From NCBI GenBank assembly GCA_017517745.1, contig JAFWYJ010000062.1, forward strand, positions 54-64,053: 64,000 nt of DNA, written 5' to 3'. The stretch is from Clostridia bacterium (GTDB taxonomy: Bacteria > Bacillota > Clostridia > Oscillospirales > CAG-272). Positions 9,521 to 16,986 of this stretch are shown piece after piece; positions within the stretch are counted from its first letter, which is position 1; every line of letters starts with the position of its first letter. The notes below the pieces were generated by a model that saw only the letters and a list, made by a program, of their open reading frames with translations, was not told the origin of the DNA and made no database searches. A program made the position numbers and the translations under genes.

Positions 9521-12115
9521 TCAGATCCGATCACGGTGGCAAACGAGATAGAGGATCTGATAGCGTTCGGAAAGCCGATCGAGGAGCCCTCTCGCGGCGG
9601 TCAGCCTGTCGTCGTCGAGATTGACGAGCGGATCGTCGAGGAGCAGGAACGGCTTTTCTCCATCTTTGTAAAGCGCATCGGTCAAGGAAAGGCGTACGCA
9701 AAGCTCAACGGCATCGCGCCAACCTCGGCTGAAGCTTTCCATGCTTCGCGTCTGTCCGCCGTCGGGGCGCAAGCCGACCTCAAACGAAGCGTTCATCACC
9801 GCCTCGGGGGCCTCCCCTCCGATCAGATCCGACAAAAATCGACCAAAGCTCGTCTGCATATCACCCAAATAACGCGTGGAAAGCGCGTTTTTCGCCTCCT
9901 CCAGAAAGCTTGCCGTTGTCTTGATCGTCTCGGCATTCGCCTTTGCCTCCGCCAACCGAAGCTTCATTTGCGCAAGATGCGCCTCAATCTCGGGAATATG
10001 ATCCACGTCGGTCTGCAAACGCTCCATGCTGCTCTTTGCCGTCGCGCGTCGGCGCTCCAGATCGGAGATTCGCGCTTGCAACTCGCGCTCCTCGACGCCG
10101 AGACGGTCGATCGCCGTCACGTCCTCGGTGTCACTCGGCTGATCCAGCCCCTTTTCGCGCACAAAGTCTGCCAACTCCGGCTCCTTGCGCGCGATCTCGC
10201 GGGAGAGTCGGTGATATTCCACCGTCTGCTCACTCACGCGCTCCAGGCATTCCCCTGCGCGCAGACGCTTCTCGGGATCGTGCTTTTTCAAAAACGGCTG
10301 CAATCGCAATTGCAATTCTCTCAAGCTTCCCTCTGCCGTCGCACGGTCAGAGGCGCGCCGGCGCTCAACCGCTTCTGCTTGCAAGAGCGCGGAGCTGTCT
10401 CGGCGCAAACGTTCCAGCTCGGCGGTATAATCCGCCTTCTGTTCCAAGCCCGCGAAAAAGCGAGCAAGATAAGCATGAAGCCGTTCCCCAATCTGCTTGC
10501 GCCGGCGATCCAGAGCCTCCAGATCCCCCGACAGACGGCGAATCTGCTGCTGACTCTCGCGCTCCCGCTCGGCGAGCAGACTCAGTTCGGTCAAAGCACG
10601 TGCGGGATCGTCGGTCGGCATACTGTATGCCGTCAACAGTTCTCGCACTTCTCGCAAAGCTTGCTCTCGTTGCTCCCGCAACCTTGCAAGCCCGGTCTGC
10701 AATGCTCGCTTCTCGTGCATCCGTTTGGCACGACTTCTCAACACGCCGATTCCCATCAAAAAGCCGATCGCGGCAATTGCCGCTCCGCCGATCAAAAACG
10801 GTATTTGCACAGAATGCAAAGCCGGTAAGAAGCCAAGCACAGCAATCAAAAGTCCAATCATCAATAACGTCACCGCCGCAGGCAATCGCGACACCTGAGC
10901 GCGGTCTTCCTTGAGGCGAAGGGCTTCGCTCTCCTTTTGCGCGCGTTCTGCCACGGATAGGCGTTCAAACGCCCGCTCGATCGCAGCCTGATTGGGAAGA
11001 CCGCGAGAAAAGCGTTTTGTCTGTCCGCGATCGTCGCACGCGCTCCGAAGCATCTCGCAACGGATGCGCAGATCTCTCAGCGTCTCCTGATCTCGCTCGG
11101 CACGCGCCAACTCCTCTTCCTTCGGCACGCCCATCGAAAATCTCTCGCGCAATCGCAAGAGTGCCGCATCCGGATCGGCGGCGATCATATCCATCCGCGC
11201 ACGCGCGGCGTTGATCTGCCCCCAAAGCTGTTTCTGCGTCTCCAAAGACTCCTGCGCAGGCGGTTCTCCGTCAAAATAAAGCCGCAACCGCGACAACCTT
11301 TCCCTCAGTGCCGTCAGCTCCGCGGTCATCTGCTGTCTGCGCTCGACGAGCGCGGCACGCTCACGCGCCAAGCCCGCGCGCTTCATCCGCTCGCGATTTT
11401 CCTCGCTCGCACGGTGCAAAGCCGCCAACTGATCGTCAAAATCCGCCAATTGCACCTCTTGCGCGCGCAACGCTTCCTCTACGCGCAGGCAACGCTCAAG
11501 CTCTGCTTGTCTCTCATAGATCTCCTGCTCCATTTCGGCGATCGCGCCGCGGTTACCCGTCATGACGTAATAACGCCGACGGCGATCCAACGCCTCAACG
11601 GCAACGTCATAATTCCCAATGTCGCCCACATCGTCCAAAAGATTGCCCAGCTTGGCGGAAATGCTGTTGTTGTCCTTTCCACCCGTCAGCATCCGCTGAG
11701 AGAGATAGGTACTGCGCTCAAAGCCGTCGGCATCGATCCCAAACAGCTCTTCGCCAAGCGCGGTGGAATACTGCGTCGAGGGAAGATTGGTCGAAAGATC
11801 GAAGAGCGCGAAGCTGTCGCCGCTCTCCTTTGCGCCAAAGCTGCGCTCAATGCGGAATCTGCCTTTCGAGGTTTCGATCTCCAAAGTGCCGCCATAGCTT
11901 CCGCCCTGCCACGGCGTATATTTTTTGCGCTCGTTCTCGTCAAGGGAGCGCTTGGAGGTGGCGGGGAGACCGTACAGCATCGCCTTGATGAAAACCGCGA
12001 GCGTACTTTTTCCCCAACCGTTTTTCTGATAGAGAACGTTCATGCCCGTCTCAAAGGAAAGGTCGAAATTGCAAAGCGTTCCGAAATTGTCCACGTGCAA
12101 GCGTAACAGCCTCAC
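9521..12115 (-). CDS. SMC/Rad50-like ATPase (YhaN/AAA_27-like) with central transmembrane hairpin
   Basis: N-terminal DNFG...NGWGKST Walker A, long coiled coils, signature-like FSRG and Walker B LLLDD at the C-terminus; coupled to the upstream phosphoesterase. Confidence 0.85.
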   Translation of the reverse strand: MRLLRLHVDNFGTLCNFDLSFETGMNVLYQKNGWGKSTLAVFIKAMLYGLPATSKRSLDENERKKYTPWQGGSYGGTLEIETSKGRFRIERSFGAKESGDSFALFDLSTNLPSTQYSTALGEELFGIDADGFERSTYLSQRMLTGGKDNNSISAKLGNLLDDVGDIGNYDVAVEALDRRRRYYVMTGNRGAIAEMEQEIYERQAELERCLRVEEALRAQEVQLADFDDQLAALHRASEENRERMKRAGLARERAALVERRQQMTAELTALRERLSRLRLYFDGEPPAQESLETQKQLWGQINAARARMDMIAADPDAALLRLRERFSMGVPKEEELARAERDQETLRDLRIRCEMLRSACDDRGQTKRFSRGLPNQAAIERAFERLSVAERAQKESEALRLKEDRAQVSRLPAAVTLLMIGLLIAVLGFLPALHSVQIPFLIGGAAIAAIGFLMGIGVLRSRAKRMHEKRALQTGLARLREQREQALREVRELLTAYSMPTDDPARALTELSLLAERERESQQQIRRLSGDLEALDRRRKQIGERLHAYLARFFAGLEQKADYTAELERLRRDSSALLQAEAVERRRASDRATAEGSLRELQLRLQPFLKKHDPEKRLRAGECLERVSEQTVEYHRLSREIARKEPELADFVREKGLDQPSDTEDVTAIDRLGVEERELQARISDLERRRATAKSSMERLQTDVDHIPEIEAHLAQMKLRLAEAKANAETIKTTASFLEEAKNALSTRYLGDMQTSFGRFLSDLIGGEAPEAVMNASFEVGLRPDGGQTRSMESFSRGWRDAVELCVRLSLTDALYKDGEKPFLLLDDPLVNLDDDRLTAARGLLDRLSERYQILYLVCHRDRI

Positions 12116-13182
12116 AGTCCCACCTCCTCACCGGTCAGTGCGCGCAAGCCGCAGGCGATCACGCGTTCCTTTTCCTCATCCTTCAATTTGGAGGCCATGA
12201 CGCGGCGAATAAATTCCCCCTTGAGCGAAACGTCATGCGCATAATCCTCGGGGCGAATCAGAAGACGGCTCTTGTCCGCGACCTTGGCGAAATAAAAACG
12301 CTCGCCGAGAAGCGCCGCCAAACGCCCCGGATCCTTGGACACCTCAGCGGAGCAAGCTCCGATGAGCTCGACCTTGACAAGATCCGATGCCGCGATCCCC
12401 TCGACTGCCGCGAGAACACGCTCCTCCAGCTCAAACTGAGATGCGAAATCCGTGACGTCGCACGCCACCGTGTGAAGCGTACGACGCGCGATCGGAACGA
12501 AGCGCTGGGAAAGCTTCCCCGCCTCGATCTCAAGCAATACGTAGCCCTTTTGTCCGCATTCGTCAAAGCCGCGTCCCTCGAGGCATCCGCTGTAACAAGC
12601 GGTGCAGCGGTTGTCGACCTTGGCGGTGCGGTATTCGTGCAAATGTCCGAGAGCCAGATAATCGATTCCTTTGTTTTTGAGCTTACCGAAGCGGATCAAA
12701 TCCTCACCCGGCACACTCTTCCCCGCGCCCGCGCGTTCCTGACCGTGCATCAAAACGACGTTGAACGCATCCGGATCAAGCGAAAGTGTCTCAACGTCGG
12801 GACGCTCGCTGCCCGTGATCACCACCTCACCGAAGGTATAGGACTGCCAAGCATCAGAGAACGTATAGAGATTTGCGGGCTTGTCCGATGCACTGCGAAG
12901 CGTGTTGCCGCGGTCATGGTTGCCCGAAAGATAGAAAAAACAGAGCGTCGGATGCGCCGCAATGAGATCCAGTACGTATTTTTCGGTCTTTTTGGTGATG
13001 TGATCGCTGTCAAAAAGATCGCCCGCGATCAGAATCGCGTCCACTCCGCCGTCGGCGGCAAGACGTACCATTTTTGCGAAGGTGGAAAGGATCTCCCCCT
13101 TGCGTTCGCGTGCTTTTTCGGCCGAGAGATTCGCCTCCATGGGAGAATCCAGGTGCAGATCGGCACAATGTATCAGTTTCAT
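12112..13182 (-). CDS. Mre11/SbcD-like metallophosphoesterase (YhaO-like DNA repair exonuclease)
   Basis: IHCADLHLD, IAGDLFD, GNHD, YLALGHLH, YSGCLEGRGFDECG. Confidence 0.9.
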   Translation of the reverse strand: MKLIHCADLHLDSPMEANLSAEKARERKGEILSTFAKMVRLAADGGVDAILIAGDLFDSDHITKKTEKYVLDLIAAHPTLCFFYLSGNHDRGNTLRSASDKPANLYTFSDAWQSYTFGEVVITGSERPDVETLSLDPDAFNVVLMHGQERAGAGKSVPGEDLIRFGKLKNKGIDYLALGHLHEYRTAKVDNRCTACYSGCLEGRGFDECGQKGYVLLEIEAGKLSQRFVPIARRTLHTVACDVTDFASQFELEERVLAAVEGIAASDLVKVELIGACSAEVSKDPGRLAALLGERFYFAKVADKSRLLIRPEDYAHDVSLKGEFIRRVMASKLKDEEKERVIACGLRALTGEEVGL

Positions 13183-13362
13183 CTCTATGCATGCACATCC
13201 TTTCCAAGACGGCAAACAGTCGCCGTCACGTCGTCTGAGAACAGTATATCATATTTTTTGTCAAAAGGCAAGAGCGTTTTGTGAGCAAATTGCAATGACT
13301 TTGTTTTTTTGAAAAAATCCTTTCCGAAAATGAATTTTTTGGAATGGAAATGCAGAAAACTC

Positions 13363-13391
13363 TTGACAAAGAGGGGGCGGTGTGGTATAAT
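13363..13391 (+). promoter_or_regulatory. Sigma-A promoter of tRNA-Gln
   Basis: TTGACA-17bp-TATAAT with extended -10 TG. Confidence 0.8.
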
Positions 13392-13421
13392 TGGAATGTT
13401 AAATTTCAAGCAATGGAATAT

Positions 13422-13496
13422 TGGGGTATAGCCAAGCGGTAAGGCACCAGACTTTGACTCTGGCATTCGTAGGTCCGAATCCTGCTACCCCAGCCA
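13422..13496 (+). tRNA. tRNA-Gln(TTG)
   Basis: TGGGGTATAGCCAAGCGGTAAGGCACCAGACTTTGACTCTGGCATTCGTAGGTCCGAATCCTGCTACCCCAGCCA; cloverleaf with CCA; T-loop reads TCCGAAT. Confidence 0.93.
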
Positions 13497-13711
13497 CGCA
13501 AAGGACACCCAAGGGTGTCCTTTTTGCGTGGCTGGGGTAGCAGGATTCGCCCTATCCCGCGCAAGCGCGGGATGTATGGGAGGAAATTTGCAACGCAAGT
13601 TTCCTCGCAACGGCTTTGCCGTTGCTTCGCATCTTGCCGCCCGAAGATCGGGGAGCTTGCTCACCAGGCGCAGGGCGCGCGAATCTTCGCCGCAGGCGAA
13701 TACCCTGCTAC
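13476..13711. repeat. tRNA-linked palindromic module, copy 1 (hairpin + inverted copy of the tRNA-Gln 3' end)
   Basis: 13476-13510 is the reverse complement of 13513-13549 apart from two extra T; ends with CGAATACCCTGCTAC (13697-13711); homologous to 15785-15964. Confidence 0.85.
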
Positions 13712-13999
13712 TCAAACAGAGATTTTTCCGCTTTTTTTCGACTCTGAAGTTTTTCGAAATTTTGTAGATGCATTTCGGGCATATTCGGGTCTGTAGACAG
13801 ATTCGAACCGGCGAAATACATTTTTTGATATAGATTCCCCACAGAAGCAAAACCGTGGACAGATTTGAACTGACGAAATCTTTACTCACTTCAAATTCGA
13901 GTTTGGTTCAAAAAATGCGTTATTGTTTTCGCAACATTTTTCTGGTATAATATAATCACCGAGCCGGAACGGAATAATTTCTCAAAGGAGAACGCCATT

Positions 14000-15070
14000 A
14001 TGAAATCCATAGGCGATAAGATAAAAGAATATAGGCAGAAGAATCATATGACACAGGAGCAGCTTGCATCGTGTCTGAATGTTACGTTTCAAACTGTTTC
14101 TAAATGGGAAACGGGCGTATCGAGCCCGGATTTGTCGTTGATTATTCCTATCACGAAAATCTTCCATATTTCTGCTGATGAGTTACTCGGTATCAATGAT
14201 GTTGAATCGGATAAGAGATATGACGAACTCAAACAGGCTTACGATCACACTTACAAAACGGAAGATTTTGCAGAACGTCAAAGAATATGTGAAATTGCAG
14301 TATCTGAATATCCCGGAGATATGAAATGGTTGATCAGTCTCGCTTGGGTGGTATCGAACCGTTCCTTTGAATATGAGGACAATGATAGATACATTGCAGA
14401 ACAGGAAAAAGCAATCAAACTGTTCGATGCAGTTGTGAAAAACTGCAAGGATGATATTATCAGAGGTGAAGCCATTCAAGGCATCACACAGCTACTCGGT
14501 TGGAGAGGGCGCAAGGACGAGGCAAGAAAATATGCGGAAATGATTCCCGAACAAACAATGATCTCTCGTGATGCGGTCTTAGAAAATGTTTTGGAAGGTG
14601 ACGAACTGATCCTGTTTAAACAAAAGCGAATCAAGGATCACATTCACGATGTTCTTCGGGATTTGTCGCTAATGCCCACAGAATATACCGATCTCATTCG
14701 TAATATCATTAATACATTGATTCCCGACGGAAATTACATCGAATATAATCATAATTTGTACTATGCCGTACGAAGACAAATCAATCACACCTTAAATCAA
14801 ACGACTAACGCTTCGACGGAACAGATTTATGGTTTGCTGAAAGAAATGAAATCGTATGCAAAAGCGTATGATGAGATTGTTTTTGCAAAGCCCGGAATTT
14901 ACAAATATACGGTTCCGTGGTTCGATCATATTGAAGAAGATACGCGTGATTGGTTTGGAAACGAGGGTGAGCCGATGACACAGGATTTTTATAAATATCT
15001 CGAAGAACTCGAAAAAAGACAGTTTGAAGGACTGCGTGATCCCGAGTTTTTCGCTTTGCTAAAAAAATAA
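14000..15070 (+). CDS. XRE-family HTH regulator with helical/TPR-like C-terminal domain
   Basis: IGDKIKEYR...MTQEQLA...VTFQTVSKWETG..SPD HTH_3 pattern; AT-rich relative to flanks; RBS AAAGGAG. Confidence 0.85.
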   Translation: MKSIGDKIKEYRQKNHMTQEQLASCLNVTFQTVSKWETGVSSPDLSLIIPITKIFHISADELLGINDVESDKRYDELKQAYDHTYKTEDFAERQRICEIAVSEYPGDMKWLISLAWVVSNRSFEYEDNDRYIAEQEKAIKLFDAVVKNCKDDIIRGEAIQGITQLLGWRGRKDEARKYAEMIPEQTMISRDAVLENVLEGDELILFKQKRIKDHIHDVLRDLSLMPTEYTDLIRNIINTLIPDGNYIEYNHNLYYAVRRQINHTLNQTTNASTEQIYGLLKEMKSYAKAYDEIVFAKPGIYKYTVPWFDHIEEDTRDWFGNEGEPMTQDFYKYLEELEKRQFEGLRDPEFFALLKK

Positions 15071-15163
15071 ATACATAGGTTTAGTTTGCAAGCATGGCGT
15101 TGCGCCCCGGAAGATAGCGGTCAAGTGCAACGCCCATCATCGCAAGGGGTTAGTCTACCCTCT
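15068..15163. repeat. Cassette-boundary hairpin site, copy 1
   Basis: TAAATACATAGGTTTAGTTTGCAAGCATGGCGTT...ACGCCCA...GGGTTAGTCTACCCTCT; ends shared with 15635-15721 and 16761-16857. Confidence 0.8.
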
Positions 15164-15310
15164 GCAAAATCTGCGTGCATCTAAATCAGCCATACACGGT
15201 TTTGCATCCAAATCGGACCCCCGGAGGGAGCCTTTTGAAAATCACTCGCGAAACGATTGAAATGTTTACAAAGTGGTGGTATAATGAAAGCAAGGAAGGA
15301 GCTGATCGAT

Positions 15311-15637
15311 ATGAACTTATTCAAAGCAGGAACGACATTACAACTCATTTACTGTTTCGGTTGCCTCGTGGTTGTGATATGTATGCCATTGTACTCTGTA
15401 TTTGATACAACAACCTTTGGAATCATCTGCTTTGGAACAGGATCGATCCTTACTTTCATTTCTACATTTAACCCAATGGGACTGATTGGAACTATCCTCA
15501 ATTTTGTTGCATGCTTCTCCTCTAACTTAAAGAAATCAAAGAAGATTTTAATATGGACGATCATTTCTCCTATTTTGATCGTACTATTTTGGGTATTAGC
15601 TGCATGCTTTTTGGTTCACTATAGCGGCGGTGTTTAA
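15311..15637 (+). CDS. Small membrane protein (about 3 TM), hypothetical
   Basis: 108 aa hydrophobic ORF, RBS AAGGAAGGAG, own TTGAAA-17-TATAAT promoter, AT-rich. Confidence 0.7.
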   Translation: MNLFKAGTTLQLIYCFGCLVVVICMPLYSVFDTTTFGIICFGTGSILTFISTFNPMGLIGTILNFVACFSSNLKKSKKILIWTIISPILIVLFWVLAACFLVHYSGGV

Positions 15638-15721
15638 TTGACATCGTTTCGTTTACAAACATGGCGTTAAAAGTCCGGTAGAACGCACTCCCATACACGC
15701 CCACGGGTTAGTGTACCCTCT
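15635..15721. repeat. Cassette-boundary hairpin site, copy 2
   Basis: TAATTGACATCGTTTCGTTTACAAACATGGCGTTAAAAGTCCG...CTCCCATACACGCCCACGGGTTAGTGTACCCTCT. Confidence 0.8.
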
Positions 15722-15784
15722 GCAAAATCTGCGTGCATCTAAATCGGACACACACGGTTTTGCATCTAAATCGGACACACACCA

Positions 15785-15964
15785 CACGCAAAGGACACCC
15801 AAGGGTGTCCCTTTTGCGTGGCTGGGGTGGACTTGGATTCGCCCTATCCCGCGCGAGCGCGGGATGTAGGTCCGCATTTTGCGAGCAAGCCGATGGGAGC
15901 TCGCTCACGATCAGTGCGAGCAAAAATCTTCAAATTCACTTGCGAATTTGAATACCCTGCTACC
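15785..15964. repeat. tRNA-linked palindromic module, copy 2 (no intact tRNA)
   Basis: CACGCAAAGGACACCCAAGGGTGTCCCTTTTGCGTGGCTGGGGTGG...GGATTCGCCCTATCCCGCGCGAGCGCGGGATGTA...GAATACCCTGCTAC matches 13495-13711 at both ends. Confidence 0.85.
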
Positions 15965-16080
15965 GACAATATTTCACACAACACCCAAACGGTGGACAGA
16001 TTCGAACCGACACACCTATGAGAAAATGTTAAAAAGCGTTAATACAAATTGTATTTAATCATCAGGCATTCTAAAAATTT

Positions 16081-16118
16081 ATCCGCATCAAGGGTGCGTT
16101 CCTTTGATGCGGATTTTT
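16081..16118. terminator. Terminator downstream of the minus-strand membrane gene
   Basis: ATCCGCATCAAGG-loop-CTTTGATGCGGAT flanked by A/T runs. Confidence 0.6.
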
Positions 16119-16137
16119 AACATTTCATTTTGTTGTA

Positions 16138-16668
16138 TTATTTCCACTTTCCCATTGACTCACGGCGTTCTTGTTCTTTTCTGTCTGCTTCGTCCTTAAT
16201 AAGAGCTTTCTTTTTGTCTTGTGCATTTTTAATTATTCGAGGAACTAACACCAATATAAACGTAAACAAGATCCTCAAAATCGTTACGGAAAGTGCCGAA
16301 GAAAGTGCTGTATAAAAGCTCTTTGCAAAAAACGCAAGCGGTATATAAAGTGGAATGGAAGCACAGAAGATGAATGCGGAAAGCGCAAATTCCTTTTTGT
16401 ATTCATCGCTATCTGTATTGGGTTTATCGTCACTTAGCGAACGCAAAAAAGCAATAAATAATTTATTTCTTCCTAACAAGAAGAGGTTGCCCTGTTCCTT
16501 ATTCACAAAGGCAATAATAGCATAAATGGAAGAGCAAATACCAAATACAATTGCCGGGGCAGAATGAAAAGAAATTGCGGCGTTTTCATTTAAGATCACA
16601 GGCAACACACAGGCAAATAAAATTACAATAGACAATATAATTAATATAACATTGCTTTTAATTTTCAT
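16138..16668 (-). CDS. Membrane protein (about 4 TM), hypothetical
   Basis: Hydrophobic AT-rich ORF, RBS GGAGGGTG before MKIKSN; charged C-terminal tail. Confidence 0.7.
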   Translation of the reverse strand: MKIKSNVILIILSIVILFACVLPVILNENAAISFHSAPAIVFGICSSIYAIIAFVNKEQGNLFLLGRNKLFIAFLRSLSDDKPNTDSDEYKKEFALSAFIFCASIPLYIPLAFFAKSFYTALSSALSVTILRILFTFILVLVPRIIKNAQDKKKALIKDEADRKEQERRESMGKWK

Positions 16669-16760
16669 AACTTCACCCTCCCTTTGGATTATTATAACAT
16701 AAAAATATGAATAAATCAATCATTAATAAGCTGTTTTTTCAAGATGATTATGTGAAATAT

Positions 16761-16857
16761 TAATTACATAGGCTTCGTTGCAAGCATGGCGTTAAAAGTC
16801 CGCAAGCCCGCGGAATCTTTTAGCTCCCATACACGCCCACGGGTTAGTCTACCCTCT
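16761..16857. repeat. Cassette-boundary hairpin site, copy 3
   Basis: TAATTACATAGGCTTCGTTGCAAGCATGGCGTTAAAAGTCCG...CTCCCATACACGCCCACGGGTTAGTCTACCCTCT. Confidence 0.8.
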
Positions 16858-16864
16858 CCAAAAA

Positions 16865-16891
16865 CGGACCGACGGGAACGTCGGTCCCTAC
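16865..16891 (-). repeat. GTAG-type REP-like palindrome
   Basis: Minus strand GTAG-GGACCGACG-TTCC-CGTCGGTCC-G. Confidence 0.65.
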
Positions 16892-16928
16892 AAGAAGGAC
16901 TTGCAACCCTCTCCCACCGCAAAAAATC

Positions 16929-16960
16929 GGGCGGAAAACCTCGAAAGAGGTTTTCCGCCC
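16929..16960. terminator. Terminator of the carbohydrate ABC operon
   Basis: GGGCGGAAAACCTC-GAAA-GAGGTTTTCCGCCC with A run on the left and T run on the right. Confidence 0.75.
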
Positions 16961-16986
16961 TTTTTCTTTCGTCTTGGGACGAAAGA

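Noticed and set aside
13485-13889. ORFs overlapping the tRNA-linked module (also 15653-16021)
   Set aside because: They translate palindromic repeat DNA, lack an RBS and do not share a consistent frame between module copies.
15810-15845. Second tRNA gene on the minus strand
   Set aside because: Only a diverged ~22-nt 3'-end-like fragment, with no D or anticodon arm.
13497-16891. Classical integron, prophage or ICE
   Set aside because: No integrase, phage or conjugation genes, and the boundary sites lack the paired RYYYAAC/GTTRRRY attC consensus.
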